A DNA stretch of 64,000 bases from Candidatus Altimarinota bacterium (GCA_039809385.1 JBDHUY010000009.1:1-64000); one strand, 5' to 3'. Shown: positions 19,555 to 30,843, counted from the stretch's first letter. Notes: a model not told the origin generated them from the letters alone. Numbers and translations are program-made.

Positions 19555-19659
19555 AGAGAGACATATGCCAAAAAAAGTATCTTTTTTAGTGTAAAACTCT
19601 TGATAATGGTTTACAAGAGAAGAAGATAAGAAAATCGTAAACTTTTCAAGAAAGCCGGT

Positions 19660-20310
19660 TTACTCGAACACGTGAAAATTGATTAATTGCTGTTCCAAAT
19701 CGGTAGCAATATCCGAAATCGAACGCTCACCATTAATGGCAATCAACTTGTCGTCCCGGATAAAATTCTCCATGATCGGCAAGGTCTCTTCTTTATAAAT
19801 TTCAAGACGTTTATTCACAACTTCGGTATTCTGATCGTCTTTGCGAACTACCAGCGGCCCGTGGCAGACCTCGCAGACGTCAGTATTGTGAAAGTAAGAA
19901 TAATTTCGCTTACAGTTGAGACAAACTTTGCGACTGGTGAGACGATGAATAGCCTCGTCTTCACTGACTTGAATGACGACCGCCCGGTAGTCGCGCCCCT
20001 GATTTTTTAGATGCTCGATCAGTCGTTTGTACTGACGTCTGGTACGGGGAATACCGTCGTAGAGGATCGGCTGGTCCGGACGAATGGAAGACATGAATTT
20101 GTCGAGTAACTCGAACACGATATCGTCGGGGACCAGAAAACCCCGATCGATCAGATATTTGATAACATTTGCCTCTTCCAGATCACCCCGGGCCAGCTCG
20201 CGTAAAATGCTTCCCGATCCGAAACGCTTATAGCCATATTTATCGATCAGCATTTCACCCTGTGTGCCTTTACCGGCCCCCTGGATACCAAAGAGAATGA
20301 GGTCTTTCAT
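19660..20310 (-). CDS. adk: Adenylate kinase with Zn-binding lid
   Basis: GAGKGTQ, LVPD, DGIPR, CxxC...CxxC and RKDD. Confidence 0.95.
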   Translation of the reverse strand: MKDLILFGIQGAGKGTQGEMLIDKYGYKRFGSGSILRELARGDLEEANVIKYLIDRGFLVPDDIVFELLDKFMSSIRPDQPILYDGIPRTRRQYKRLIEHLKNQGRDYRAVVIQVSEDEAIHRLTSRKVCLNCKRNYSYFHNTDVCEVCHGPLVVRKDDQNTEVVNKRLEIYKEETLPIMENFIRDDKLIAINGERSISDIATDLEQQLINFHVFE

Positions 20311-20510
20311 AAAGGTAATTATAAAAATTTTAAATTAATGCTATTTTCACTTCAGAGTAATACAATAGATATTAATGCCCTGATGATTTGGGATGTCCAA
20401 TAAGATAATATGATAATCCCAAAGCTCAAACTCCAAAGTTCTTTCTACAACTATGGAGATTTAGAATCGGTAATAAAATAAGAAAGAAATATCTTTTGGG
20501 AATCTGACAT

Positions 20511-20540
20511 AAAAAAAGACTCGACAATCGGGTCCTTTTT
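20511..20540 (-). terminator. Possible terminator after secY
   Basis: Imperfect hairpin GACCCGA/TCGAGTC followed by T7 on the minus strand. Confidence 0.4.
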
Positions 20541-20583
20541 ATAAAGAACAATTGAAAGACCAGTACCATATCTTTTTTATAGA

Positions 20584-21888
20584 CTAATAGAACTTATCAT
20601 AATCATGCATCACCAACTCGGCATTGATCTTACGAATAACCTCAAGTACAACCCCGACCACGATGATCAAACCGGCCCCGCTCATCAGCAAAGGAACGGA
20701 TCCCGTACCCAACTCGTTGACCAGCCCTTGAAAAAGGTAAGGGAAAATAGCTACGAACGCTATGAAAGCTCCCCCAAACAAATTCAATCGGTTGGAAACA
20801 GTACCAAGATACTCCGCAGTCTGTTTACCGGGACGGATGCCGGGAATAAATCCGCCACGTTTTTGAATATTTTCAGCGATCGTTTCCGTATTAAATGAAA
20901 TACTGACGTACAGATAGGTAAACAGAAAACAGAAAAGCGCATACAAAACAACATAGTACCACGTCGGATTCTGTGGATTGAAATGGAGAAGAATAAAGCT
21001 TGCGCTATCCCTTACCCAGCCGATATTGGAATTTTGGAACAGATTTGCCAGAATGCTGGGAAACGTAATCAGAGAAACAGCGAAAATAATCGGAATCATA
21101 CCCGCCTGATTGACCCGGATCGGGATATTAGATTGTTCAGCGGCAGAAACACGTCCTCTACCGGCATAGGTAATCGGGATCGTACGATTACCCTCGGTAA
21201 ACCAGATAATAAATACGGTGAGAAGAACCGTAATGCCAATCAAAATAAACGCAGAAATCAATTTATTACTGTCTACATTGGTAAGCGAAACAGTTTGAAA
21301 AATAACTTGGGGAAGACTTGAAACAATACCGCTGAAGATCAGAATGGAAATTCCGTTGACAATTCCGCTTTCGGTTAGCACTTCACCCAACCACATCAGG
21401 AAAAGACTACCGGCCGTTACCGAGATCATCACAGTCAACAGCGTTCCCGGGTCGTTTACGTTGACGATCTGCTGCCCGCCACCCAATTGATTCAGCAGCA
21501 GAATCATACCATAACTCTGCAAAAAGGCCAGTGGTACGGTAAGCCAGCGCGTATATTTCTGAATCTGTTTCTGCCCCTGTTCCCCTTCTTTGCTCAGAGA
21601 CTCCAAGCGCGGAACAATCACAGTCAACAGCTGTATGATGATCGAAGCATTGATATACGGCGACAATCCCATGAGCACAATCGAAAAATTCTGCACGCTG
21701 CCGCCCAGAAGCGCGTTAAAAAAACCAAGGGTACTGTTTCTCTGAAATATGCCCCGCAAAATATCCGACTCCACATTGGGAACCGTTACGTGCGAAACCA
21801 GACGGTAAATAACAATCCCCAGAAGCGTAAACAGAATTTTCTTTCGTAAATCCGGAGAATTCCAGATCTGTTTTAGATATTTAAACAT
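20584..21888 (-). CDS. secY: Preprotein translocase SecY
   Basis: SPYINASII, NGISILIF, AGMIPIIFA and FIPGIRPG. Confidence 0.97.
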   Translation of the reverse strand: MFKYLKQIWNSPDLRKKILFTLLGIVIYRLVSHVTVPNVESDILRGIFQRNSTLGFFNALLGGSVQNFSIVLMGLSPYINASIIIQLLTVIVPRLESLSKEGEQGQKQIQKYTRWLTVPLAFLQSYGMILLLNQLGGGQQIVNVNDPGTLLTVMISVTAGSLFLMWLGEVLTESGIVNGISILIFSGIVSSLPQVIFQTVSLTNVDSNKLISAFILIGITVLLTVFIIWFTEGNRTIPITYAGRGRVSAAEQSNIPIRVNQAGMIPIIFAVSLITFPSILANLFQNSNIGWVRDSASFILLHFNPQNPTWYYVVLYALFCFLFTYLYVSISFNTETIAENIQKRGGFIPGIRPGKQTAEYLGTVSNRLNLFGGAFIAFVAIFPYLFQGLVNELGTGSVPLLMSGAGLIIVVGVVLEVIRKINAELVMHDYDKFY

Positions 21889-21962
21889 AAAGAATCGATT
21901 GAATAGGAATACCCGCGGTTGAAAGAATAAAGGGTATTGGAATGATGAACAAAGAAGTCATT

Positions 21963-22448
21963 TTATTTTTTAGCTTTCTTCGATTCTTTTTGACTGTCTG
22001 CCGCTGCCTGTAATTCTTTAACGGTTCCGCCGGCAGCTTCAATTTTGGTTTTGGCGGAAGCGGAACAAGGAACTTCCACGCTAAGTTTTTTGGTAAGTTC
22101 GCCTTCTCCCAGAATTTTGACACTATCGGATTTTTTGATCAATTTGTGAGACAAAAGAAGCTCGTGAGAAACAACCGTTCCGTTCTCCAGAACATTGAGA
22201 TCGGCGACATTGAGAACAGCCACATCGACAGATACAGGCCTTCTGAATCCTTTCTTTTTGGGAATTCGCTGCAAAAACGAAGTCTGTCCGCCTTCAAACC
22301 ACGGACTCACTTTACGTCCTGTTCGAGCCAACTGTCCTTTGGTACCGCGTCCGGCGGTAGTACCGCGTCCGGAACTATTACCACGACCTAAACGCCGGGA
22401 AGATTTATACGCCCGATTATTTCTTTTAAGTGTATGTTGCTGTAACAT
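21963..22448 (-). CDS. rplO: 50S ribosomal protein L15
   Basis: GRGNSSGRGTTAGRGTKGQ and FEGGQ. Confidence 0.96.
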   Translation of the reverse strand: MLQQHTLKRNNRAYKSSRRLGRGNSSGRGTTAGRGTKGQLARTGRKVSPWFEGGQTSFLQRIPKKKGFRRPVSVDVAVLNVADLNVLENGTVVSHELLLSHKLIKKSDSVKILGEGELTKKLSVEVPCSASAKTKIEAAGGTVKELQAAADSQKESKKAKK

Positions 22449-22516
22449 AAGTAAGTGAATTGAAGCAGGTTCCCTGGAAAAAAAGAGACACTAGGAACTT
22501 GAGAGATAAGAGTGAA

Positions 22517-23068
22517 CTATGCTTTGGCGGCATGGGAAGTTTGACTGTCGTCAGACTTGCTCTGTGCGGCAGATGCGGATTCCGTCGGGATTTGTTTAGA
22601 CTCGTTCTTTTTGCTGACTTTGCGTTCCTTCAAGCTTTGTAAAGCCATCAACGTAGCCTGAGCATTGAGGAGTTTATTAGAGGAACCAAACATTTTACTC
22701 AGGATGTTCTTATAACCGGCTAGCGCCAAAACCTTACGAATAACGCTTCCGGCAATTATCCCGGTACCCTCTCCAGCCGGAGAAAGCCAGATACGCGAAC
22801 TCTTGAACTTGATCTTGATATCGTGAGGAATAGTGTCTTGAAACAATGGCACGGTCACCATATGTTTCTTGGCTTGCCGGGAAGCTTTTTGAACCGCGAC
22901 GTTTACTTCGTTGGCTTTGCCGGTGCCCAAACCGATCTTGCCTTTTTTATCACCGACTATTACGACGGCTCGAAATCTGAGACGGCGTCCTCCTGATACC
23001 ACACGGGTAACCCTGTCGATGCTGAGTACTTCATCTTCAAATTGTTTTTCTTGAACTTGTTTCGCCAT
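22517..23068 (-). CDS. rpsE: 30S ribosomal protein S5
   Basis: [11 protein letters not shown] and GTGIIAG. Confidence 0.96.
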   Translation of the reverse strand: MAKQVQEKQFEDEVLSIDRVTRVVSGGRRLRFRAVVIVGDKKGKIGLGTGKANEVNVAVQKASRQAKKHMVTVPLFQDTIPHDIKIKFKSSRIWLSPAGEGTGIIAGSVIRKVLALAGYKNILSKMFGSSNKLLNAQATLMALQSLKERKVSKKNESKQIPTESASAAQSKSDDSQTSHAAKA

Positions 23069-23102
23069 AAATTATTGAGTGATAATAAAGTGCATATGAG
23101 AT

Positions 23103-23441
23103 TTAAAGCTTCAATCCAGCTTCGCGAGCTCCCTCGCACAGGGCTTTGACGCGACCATGGTATTTATAGCCTGCTCGATCGAAAACGCAGATCGAGATAC
23201 CTGCTTCAATAGCTTTTTTGCCAAGCTCTTTTCCGACGGACATCGCCCGCTCGGTCTTGGTACCTTTGGAGTTACCGACCACATCAGAAGCCGAGACGAG
23301 AGTTTTTCTGGTGGTATCGTCTACAACCTGGCCATAGATATGATTAAGACTGCGAAATACGACTAGGCGTAAGGTAGCAGGGTTAAAGCGTTTTTTAATA
23401 CGCAAGTGACGTCGCGAACGTTTGATCGATTTGGTTTCCAT
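23103..23441 (-). CDS. rplR: 50S ribosomal protein L18
   Basis: RLVVFRS and FDRAGYKYHGRV. Confidence 0.96.
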   Translation of the reverse strand: METKSIKRSRRHLRIKKRFNPATLRLVVFRSLNHIYGQVVDDTTRKTLVSASDVVGNSKGTKTERAMSVGKELGKKAIEAGISICVFDRAGYKYHGRVKALCEGAREAGLKL

Positions 23442-23477
23442 AAACGTGAGACAATAGTAACGAAACAGATAGTATGA

Positions 23478-24026
23478 TTATTTCGAGGCTGTTTTTCCGG
23501 CTTTGCGACGGATACGTTCGCCGGTATAAATAATTCCTTTTCCTTTATACGGTTCCGGCTTCTTGATAGCTCGTATGTTGGCAGCAACTTGACCTACCAG
23601 CTGTTTGTCTACACCCTGGATAAGTACCATATTCTTATTGTCTTTATCAATAGCCAGGGTGATACCTTCGGGCGGGTCAAATTCAACAGGATGAGAAAAA
23701 CCGACATTCAAAATGAGTTTTTTACCTTGCACATTGACTTTATAGCCGACTCCCTGAACTTCCAGACTCCTAACAAATCCGGATTTAACTCCGGTAACGG
23801 CGTTGTCAACAAGCGTACGGGTCAGCCCGTGCAAAGCTCTATGATTTTGTGATTCGCTGGGACGCTCGACTAGAATCTCTTTATTATTTTCGACCTTGAT
23901 CATCATATCAGGATGAATGATCAAACTAACGGATCCTTTGGGTCCCTTAAAGGAAAGCAGAGTTCCATTTACTTGCAGCGTTACTCCATCCGGCAATTGA
24001 ATTGGTTTCTTTCCAATACGCGACAC
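23478..24026 (-). CDS. rplF: 50S ribosomal protein L6
   Basis: SRIGKKP and PEPYKGKG; GTG start. Confidence 0.96.
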   Translation of the reverse strand: MSRIGKKPIQLPDGVTLQVNGTLLSFKGPKGSVSLIIHPDMMIKVENNKEILVERPSESQNHRALHGLTRTLVDNAVTGVKSGFVRSLEVQGVGYKVNVQGKKLILNVGFSHPVEFDPPEGITLAIDKDNKNMVLIQGVDKQLVGQVAANIRAIKKPEPYKGKGIIYTGERIRRKAGKTASK

Positions 24027-24051
24027 GGTGGTTAGGCGTTAAAAAAATAAA

Positions 24052-24432
24052 CTAAAATACTTCGCATAACAATTCCCCTCCGACATTCATTTTTTTCGCT
24101 TCTTTATTGGTCATTACTCCACGGGAGGTAGACATAACTGCTATTCCCAGTCCGCTCTTGACAACCGGAATGTGTTGAGAGGATAAATAGACGCGTCTTC
24201 CGGGCTTACTTTTTCTACGAATGTTGAGAAGTCGATGAGGATGAAGTTCCACTTTGATCACTTTTTTTGCATCTTCTTCCGCAACCTCAAAATCAACGAT
24301 GAAACCAGTTTTCTTCAAATTTTCCGCAATGGCTTCTTTCATGAACGAATGTTGCGCTTCAATCAGATGAATATTGCGGGCCGAGGCATTACGCAGACGT
24401 GTTAGAAAATCCGCGATAGGGTCAGTCATCAT
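24052..24432 (-). CDS. rpsH: 30S ribosomal protein S8
   Basis: DPIADFLTRLRN, SKPGRRVY and GGEL. Confidence 0.96.
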   Translation of the reverse strand: MMTDPIADFLTRLRNASARNIHLIEAQHSFMKEAIAENLKKTGFIVDFEVAEEDAKKVIKVELHPHRLLNIRRKSKPGRRVYLSSQHIPVVKSGLGIAVMSTSRGVMTNKEAKKMNVGGELLCEVF

Positions 24433-24631
24433 AAGAAATGCAAAATGAAAAGTGTAAAGTTCAAAATCTAAAGATTATTCAGAAGTTATTATGCGGGATA
24501 TTTGACTATAAACGGTGGAGACTTATACAATTTTTCAACTTCTTTAACGTTTTCGGCGTTCCGGGCAAGTGTACAATGAAGGAATACGCTATAATTTAAC
24601 AATTTCCATTTTACACTTTGCATTATTTCCC

Positions 24632-24856
24632 TTACCAGCTGGATTTTTTGACCCCCATGATCAATCCTTCGTTAGCACGCTCCCGAAAACAAATACGACA
24701 CATTTGAAACTTACGCATATAGCCTCCTACGCGACCACATAATTTACAGCGATTATAGACTCGGGTCGGAAATGCTGGCTTCTTTCCTATCTTCAAAGCA
24801 TGTTCGACACTTTTACGCTTCCGTTCGGCGCTGTTAATCTTGGATAATTTGGCCAT
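24632..24856 (-). CDS. rpsN: 30S ribosomal protein S14, zinc-binding type
   Basis: RCKLCGR...CRICFRE...KSSW. Confidence 0.94.
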   Translation of the reverse strand: MAKLSKINSAERKRKSVEHALKIGKKPAFPTRVYNRCKLCGRVGGYMRKFQMCRICFRERANEGLIMGVKKSSW

Positions 24857-24985
24857 CTGATTACAAAATTATTAATTACAAATGATTAATTACAGATTAT
24901 TGATGATTTAAGTATGAATCACAATTACCGAATTTACGTTTTCTTCCAGTAATAATTAAATACTTAACAATTGATAATTTACTTC

Positions 24986-25516
24986 CTAGTCTTTTTTAAA
25001 AGGGAATCCGTATTCGGTAAGCAGGGTTCGACACTGGTCTTTATCCGCAGCCGTTGTTACTACTGTTATTTCGAGTCCGTGAATCTTGTTCATATTGTCG
25101 GGATTTACCTCAGGAAAAACGATAATTTCTCGTAAACCTACGGTATAGCTGCCTTTTCCGTCGAATGCTTTGACCGAGAGACCTCGAAAATCTCGAATAC
25201 GCGGGAATATGACTTTGACCAGCTTGTCGAGAAAATCCTCCATACGCCTTCCGCGCAGAGTCACTTTCACTCCTACCGGCATACCAATCCGAAGCTTGAA
25301 ATTTGAAATAGCTTTTTTGGCTTTTGTCACAACCGGTTTTTGTCCGGTAATGGCAGTTATATTATCGACAATCTCGTCGTAGTCTTTCGAAGTTTTGAGA
25401 AATGTTCCCATACCTACATTTACAACGATTTTGGTAACCCGGGGCGAGGCCCACAGATTTTTAATGCCAAGCTTTTCCTGAGCCGATTGAATACGAGAAA
25501 GAGATGATGTGGACAT
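24986..25516 (-). CDS. rplE: 50S ribosomal protein L5
   Basis: ITGQKP, GVKVTLR and PRIRDFRG. Start at ATG 25516. Confidence 0.95.
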   Translation of the reverse strand: MSTSSLSRIQSAQEKLGIKNLWASPRVTKIVVNVGMGTFLKTSKDYDEIVDNITAITGQKPVVTKAKKAISNFKLRIGMPVGVKVTLRGRRMEDFLDKLVKVIFPRIRDFRGLSVKAFDGKGSYTVGLREIIVFPEVNPDNMNKIHGLEITVVTTAADKDQCRTLLTEYGFPFKKD

Positions 25517-25542
25517 AACGTTGATAAAACAAAGTTGAAATC

Positions 25543-25869
25543 TTATGAAACTTCGAGAGCACGATCGAGGAGACCATCGCATTTTTTACATATACGCTGT
25601 TTCTTCCCGTCGGTAGCGAGCCGGTAATGCACTCGTGTAACTTTATCGCAGTGAGGACAAATAACCATGGCATTGGAGACGCTGAAAGGTGCTTCGAACT
25701 TTATGATCTCTCCGGCCTGGGCCTGCCGTTTGCGAACATGCTTCGTTACAACATTGACTTTCTCGACAACTATATGGTTGTCAGCTGGTTCGACGCGCAA
25801 CACTTTTCCTTTTTTGCCTTTATGTTTTCCGGCAATAATCATGACGGAATCGTTCTTCTTGATCTTCAT
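25543..25869 (-). CDS. rplX: 50S ribosomal protein L24
   Basis: KIKKND.V.IIAGKHKGK.G and EAP..VSN. Confidence 0.96.
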   Translation of the reverse strand: MKIKKNDSVMIIAGKHKGKKGKVLRVEPADNHIVVEKVNVVTKHVRKRQAQAGEIIKFEAPFSVSNAMVICPHCDKVTRVHYRLATDGKKQRICKKCDGLLDRALEVS

Positions 25870-25986
25870 GGGAATAGGGGTATCTGATAGTAAGCCCGAA
25901 GGGGCCCCCGTTGGGGTATATAGTATCGAGTAGTAGTAAAATAGAATTTAGGACTCGATTGACAATAAGGACTATGTACTTTCGAC

Positions 25987-26355
25987 TTATAAAACTTCCG
26001 GAGCTAAACTGATGATTTTTTGAAAACCTTTTTTACGTAGTTCTCTAGGAATGGGCCCGAATATACGACTTCCTTTGGGTTGCTGATCTTTATCGACGAT
26101 TACAACTGCATTGTCATCAAAACGTATATAGCTGTTGTCGTCGCGCCGATACTCTTTCTTCACACGTACGATAACTGCTTTTTCAACGGCTTTTTTCTTT
26201 ACCATACCGCGTGGCAGTGCCTCCTTGACAGCTACGACAATAATATCGCCTACTTTGGCATACCGTCTGCGACTACCTCCCAGAACTTTGATACACATGA
26301 CTTCCTTGGCACCGGTATTGTCGGCCACGACTAAGCGGGTTTGTTGTTGAATCAT
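25987..26355 (-). CDS. rplN: 50S ribosomal protein L14
   Basis: [13 protein letters not shown] and SLAPEVL. Confidence 0.97.
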   Translation of the reverse strand: MIQQQTRLVVADNTGAKEVMCIKVLGGSRRRYAKVGDIIVVAVKEALPRGMVKKKAVEKAVIVRVKKEYRRDDNSYIRFDDNAVVIVDKDQQPKGSRIFGPIPRELRKKGFQKIISLAPEVL

Positions 26356-26389
26356 AAAAGACAAAGAGTGAATATCAAAAGCAATCGAG

Positions 26390-26638
26390 TTATGCCTGGG
26401 GTGAAGAATAAAGCACCATCCACCGTTTTAAGCGGCTTAACGGTCTGGTTTCCTGAATCGTAACGGTATCACCTACTTTATATTGTTCTTTTTCGTCGTG
26501 AGCATAATAACGCTTGGTAACACTAAAGCGCTTTTTATACTTGGGATGAAGTTTATACCGACGTACTTCCACAATACGCGTTTTTTGCATTTTATCCGAG
26601 ACGACAACACCTTCCAACGTTCGTTTTTGCACCATCAT
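26390..26638 (-). CDS. rpsQ: 30S ribosomal protein S17
   Basis: [17 protein letters not shown] and ETRPLS. Confidence 0.96.
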   Translation of the reverse strand: MMVQKRTLEGVVVSDKMQKTRIVEVRRYKLHPKYKKRFSVTKRYYAHDEKEQYKVGDTVTIQETRPLSRLKRWMVLYSSPQA

Positions 26639-26657
26639 AGAAATGGGTAAAAATTAA

Positions 26658-26990
26658 TTATTCTTCGTTCTTTTTGACACGTTTTTTAGCAATCGGCTTA
26701 GCATCCTTCGAGCTTTCATTGCTCGCTTTCTTGGAAATCGTTTCGTTTTCTTTTGTGTCAGATACAGCTTCAGTCGACTCAAAAACCGGCACATTATTGG
26801 CCGAGGCTCCTATTTCCTTTATGGCCGTCAGAATACGAGCTATATCTTTCTTCTTATCCCGAATTTTATGCGTTTCTTTCAGCTGGCGCGAATGATTGTT
26901 GATATTCAAATCATACAGTTCGCGGCGGGCCTTTGACAGTTCGTGCACAAGTTCCTCGGGTTTGGCAACGATCAGATCTTTAAACTTCAT
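26658..26990 (-). CDS. rpmC: 50S ribosomal protein L29 with charged C-terminal extension
   Basis: QLKETHKIRDKKKDIARILT; lies between rplP and rpsQ. Confidence 0.9.
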   Translation of the reverse strand: MKFKDLIVAKPEELVHELSKARRELYDLNINNHSRQLKETHKIRDKKKDIARILTAIKEIGASANNVPVFESTEAVSDTKENETISKKASNESSKDAKPIAKKRVKKNEE

Positions 26991-27007
26991 GTGAAAAATC
27001 AGATAAA

Positions 27008-27415
27008 TTATATATTTGTCACGTAACGTGTTTTGACAGGGAGTTTGTAGGCGGCAAGCAGCAGGGCTTCTTTTGCCTGGTCTTCGGGCAGACCATCCAT
27101 TTCGAACAGGACTCGTCCCGGTTTTACACCGAACGTATAATACTGTACGGCCCCTTTTCCGGTACCCATACGGACTTCTTCGGCATTTTTCGTCCAGGGT
27201 TTGTCAGGAAAAATTCTGATCCAGATCTTACCACCTTTTTTAGTATAACGGGTCAATGTCTTACGGGCAGCCTCTATCTGACGGGAATTGAGATACCCTC
27301 TCGTAACGGCTTTGAGCGCAAATGTCCCGAAACTGACGGAAGCTCCTCGGGTCGCTACGCCTTTGAGACGGCCGCGTTGCGTTTTACGATACTTGGTTTT
27401 TTTTGGAAACAACAT
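27008..27415 (-). CDS. rplP: 50S ribosomal protein L16
   Basis: [14 protein letters not shown] and RMGTGKG. Confidence 0.97.
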   Translation of the reverse strand: MLFPKKTKYRKTQRGRLKGVATRGASVSFGTFALKAVTRGYLNSRQIEAARKTLTRYTKKGGKIWIRIFPDKPWTKNAEEVRMGTGKGAVQYYTFGVKPGRVLFEMDGLPEDQAKEALLLAAYKLPVKTRYVTNI

Positions 27416-27520
27416 AGGAAGCGTCGAAATCTATAAAGATGTGAGAGACAGAAGTCGTAATGGAACCTGGGAACTTGCGTAGGTCACGCCTGCCCAGCTT
27501 AGGGAAAAACTCGGTTTTGG

Positions 27521-28183
27521 TCAAGAGAAAATCTGCGACTGCTTCTTAGTATTACGTACGAAATGCTCACCTTTGTAAATCCATGTCTTAATTCCGATCG
27601 AACCGTACATAGTAGCAGCAGTATATTTTGCAAAATCTATATCCGAGCGAAGAGTATGTAAAGGAATTTTTCCGTCAAGAAAAAATTCGGAACGGGCTAT
27701 TTCAACTCCATTCAAACGTCCGCCGACGTAGACCTTTACTCCCTTAGCTCCACTTTCCATGACTTTTTCGGTAACGGATTTAACGGCTCTACGAAATGCG
27801 ATACGTCTTGATATCTGCTGTCCGATAAGTTCGGAAACAATATAGGCATCCAAATAGGGTTTTTTTATCTCGCGAATATTGATATCTATTTTTTCTTTAA
27901 ACTCATTTTCCAGTTTTTGCTTCAAATCCTGAATCGCGGTTCCGCTTTTCCCGATAATCATTCCAGGCTTGGAGGTGTACACGTTGGCAACGATTCTGTT
28001 CGACATACGCTCAATCTCGACGCGTGATACTCCGGAATTACGTAAGGCATTCTGAATTTTTTTGCGCAGTTCAAGATCTTTTAACAAAAACCTGCCATAC
28101 TCTTTTTTAGGAGAATACCAGTTGGATTCCCAATTGCGTGTAATCCCAACGCGAATGATTTTCGGATTGACTTTCTGACCCAC
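27521..28183 (-). CDS. rpsC: 30S ribosomal protein S3
   Basis: GQKVNP, PGMIIGK, GRLNG and PLHTLR; GTG start at 28183. Confidence 0.96.
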   Translation of the reverse strand: MGQKVNPKIIRVGITRNWESNWYSPKKEYGRFLLKDLELRKKIQNALRNSGVSRVEIERMSNRIVANVYTSKPGMIIGKSGTAIQDLKQKLENEFKEKIDINIREIKKPYLDAYIVSELIGQQISRRIAFRRAVKSVTEKVMESGAKGVKVYVGGRLNGVEIARSEFFLDGKIPLHTLRSDIDFAKYTAATMYGSIGIKTWIYKGEHFVRNTKKQSQIFS

Positions 28184-28289
28184 GAGAAAAGGTATTAGAA
28201 GGTAAAACAATGATACAGAGAAACAAATGGAAACTTATAGAACTCTATGAAATTTGTCAGATACTACTAGATTTGATACTCACTTCAGA

Positions 28290-28616
28290 TTACTTGCTCT
28301 CGACAATAACGGTAATATGACTGGTTCGTTTTAATATAGGATGAGCCCTGCCTTTTGAAACCGGATTAAAGCGTTTATACACCGGACCTCCGGTTACTAC
28401 AATTTCTTTAATGACAAGTTTAGCCGGATCCTGATTAAAATTTTTCTCGGCATTACTGGCAGCGGAACGAACCGTTTTATACAGCAACGCTGCTGCTTTT
28501 TTTGGAGTAAATTTCAACTGATCCAAAGCAGTTTTGACGCTTTTATTACGCACCAGATCGGCAACCAGATTCATTTTTAAGGGAGAGATTCTTGCCCTTC
28601 TCAAGATAGCTTTCAT
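28290..28616 (-). CDS. rplV: 50S ribosomal protein L22
   Basis: RISPLK, SAASNA and KRTSHIT. Confidence 0.96.
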   Translation of the reverse strand: MKAILRRARISPLKMNLVADLVRNKSVKTALDQLKFTPKKAAALLYKTVRSAASNAEKNFNQDPAKLVIKEIVVTGGPVYKRFNPVSKGRAHPILKRTSHITVIVESK

Positions 28617-28666
28617 ACGCGAGTAAAATTAGAGATTCAAGTGATATTTAACAAAATTTCGGGTAT

Positions 28667-28966
28667 CTAGGAATCTGAGACTTTATCGGTTCCGGTCATT
28701 CTGGCAAGCTTACCTCCATGACCTTTGAACCGTCTGGTAAAAGAAAATTCTCCAAGTTTGTGTCCCACCATATTTTCAGTAATAAATACCGGCACATGCT
28801 GTTTCCCGTTATAGACAGCAATCGTATGTCCCACAAAGTCCGGAGCAATAACACTATCCCTGGCCCACGTTTTAATGATCTTCTTATCGCCGTTTTTATT
28901 AAGAAGTTCTATCTTTTGGAGCAACTTCGCGTCTACGTAAGGACCTTTTTTTAAACTTCTGGACAT
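28667..28966 (-). CDS. rpsS: 30S ribosomal protein S19
   Basis: SRSLKKGP and MVGHKLGEF. Confidence 0.97.
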   Translation of the reverse strand: MSRSLKKGPYVDAKLLQKIELLNKNGDKKIIKTWARDSVIAPDFVGHTIAVYNGKQHVPVFITENMVGHKLGEFSFTRRFKGHGGKLARMTGTDKVSDS

Positions 28967-29026
28967 ATAAAGTTAAAAGTGAAAAATCAAAGATTTGAAA
29001 ACAAATATCGATTATTGTTATGCCAA

Positions 29027-29854
29027 CTATTTTCTCCTCTTGACGATAAACTTGCTGGTACGTTTGTTATTTCGTGTTTTCGCTCCCAGAGCAGGTTTAC
29101 CCCAAGGAGTTTTTGGATGCTTCAATCCGACACCATTATGCCCTTCGCCTCCTCCATGCGGGTGCTCTACCGGGTTCATCGATTTTCCCAAAACCTGAGG
29201 ACGTTTTCCGCGTAAACGATTGCGACCGGCTTTTCCAACCCGTACATTTTTTATATCTTCATTACTGACTTTACCAATCGACGCATAGCACTCTTTGCGC
29301 ACTTTCCTGGTTTCACCGGACGGAAGCAATATCTGTGCGTAATCTCCGTCAAAGCCGACAAGCTTTGCCGAAGTACCGGCTGATCGTACGATTTGACCTC
29401 CTCGACCGATTAACAATTCGATATTATAAATATCAAAACCGACTGGAATATGCTGGAGCTGCATTCTGTTACCGACTTTGACTCTGGTCTTCTCGGCAGT
29501 CTTGATCGAATCTCCAACTTTTAGTCCTTCGGGAGCCAATATATATCGTTTTTCACCATCGGCATACGACACCAAGGCGATAAAAGCGGTACGATTGGGA
29601 TCATATTCTATGGACTTGACCACTGCTTCTATATTGTTCTTGTCATGCTGCTTAAAATCTATAACCCTGTACATGTGTTTAAAACCGCCACCCAAATGAC
29701 GTATCGTAATACGACCGTTATTGTTGCGTCCCGATTTATTTTTCATGCGTTTCAGCAGATTTTTTTCGGGGTGCTTGACCGTTACTTCTTCGTAGGTCAG
29801 AACCGACATGTTGCGATGCCCGTTGGAAGTAGGGCGATATTGTTTGATCGGCAT
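29027..29854 (-). CDS. rplB: 50S ribosomal protein L2
   Basis: GRNNNGRIT, IEYDPNR and MNPVEHPHGGGEG. Confidence 0.98.
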   Translation of the reverse strand: MPIKQYRPTSNGHRNMSVLTYEEVTVKHPEKNLLKRMKNKSGRNNNGRITIRHLGGGFKHMYRVIDFKQHDKNNIEAVVKSIEYDPNRTAFIALVSYADGEKRYILAPEGLKVGDSIKTAEKTRVKVGNRMQLQHIPVGFDIYNIELLIGRGGQIVRSAGTSAKLVGFDGDYAQILLPSGETRKVRKECYASIGKVSNEDIKNVRVGKAGRNRLRGKRPQVLGKSMNPVEHPHGGGEGHNGVGLKHPKTPWGKPALGAKTRNNKRTSKFIVKRRK

Positions 29855-29856
29855 AA

Positions 29857-30159
29857 CTATTTCTTATCTTTGGATTTAGTAAAAGTAAGCTCCTTTTCGC
29901 CTTTTTTCAAAGTAATAATAGCTTTCTTAAGGCGAACGCGTTTTTGAACACTTTTCCCCCGAGCTACGATACGAACTTTGGGAGGATTGAGAATAATACG
30001 AATACTTGCGACCTTTCGATCGTATAAGGCTTCAACTGCCTGCTTAACATCAATCTTTGTTGCAGACGGATTGACCTGTACCAGATATTTTTTCTGAGCA
30101 TTTAGATTCGTACCTTTTTCGGTAACCAGCGAGGCTTTGATAACTTGCGTAAGATCCAT
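29857..30159 (-). CDS. rplW: 50S ribosomal protein L23
   Basis: VTEK, ATKIDVKQAVE and KKAIITL. Confidence 0.94.
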   Translation of the reverse strand: MDLTQVIKASLVTEKGTNLNAQKKYLVQVNPSATKIDVKQAVEALYDRKVASIRIILNPPKVRIVARGKSVQKRVRLKKAIITLKKGEKELTFTKSKDKK

Positions 30160-30170
30160 ATAAAATCTGC

Positions 30171-30806
30171 TTATTTAGAGGTTTGAGAAGAAAAAACGGT
30201 AGGAAGTTTTTCAAGTGCGTCTTTCATAAAGACCAGCGATTTATATTGCAAGAGATCCCGTACATTCAAATAATTTACCAGAATTGTTTTTACTTGCGGC
30301 AAATTATTGGAAGACTTCTGAACGATCGGATGCTTATCTGCCAGTACTACCAAGACGCTTTTTTCTAAAGGCAATTTTTTCAAGAAAATCGAAAAATCCT
30401 TAGTGGAAACAGCTCCTTCATAAGCACTCAAACCAAGGATAGCCTTATCGTTAGCTTTCGCTGAAAGAGCGGAAAAAAGTGCATGACGGCGTTCACCTTT
30501 GGACATGTTTTTTTGAAAATTTCGCTCGTTACGAGGACCAAACACTACTCCGGCTTTTTTATGCAGCGGCGAACGAATCGCACCTGAACGAGCTCTTCCC
30601 GTGCCCTTTTGACGAAAGAGTTTACGAGTACTTCCGGCACGCTCATCTCTCTTGAGTGTGTGAGCTATCGGTTGTCTTGCATTTGATAATTGCATGTTTA
30701 ACGCCCTGTACATCAAATCATGATTGATCTTTGCTTCAAAAATATCCTTGGGTAAAGACATTTTCTCGGCTTCTGTTCCGTTCTGGGAGTAAATAACTAT
30801 TTCCAT
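30171..30806 (-). CDS. rplD: 50S ribosomal protein L4
   Basis: QKGTGRARSG and FGP. Start at ATG 30806. Confidence 0.96.
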   Translation of the reverse strand: MEIVIYSQNGTEAEKMSLPKDIFEAKINHDLMYRALNMQLSNARQPIAHTLKRDERAGSTRKLFRQKGTGRARSGAIRSPLHKKAGVVFGPRNERNFQKNMSKGERRHALFSALSAKANDKAILGLSAYEGAVSTKDFSIFLKKLPLEKSVLVVLADKHPIVQKSSNNLPQVKTILVNYLNVRDLLQYKSLVFMKDALEKLPTVFSSQTSK

Positions 30807-30843
30807 AAAGAGAAAAACGAATCGACAAATAGGAAGAAGAAAA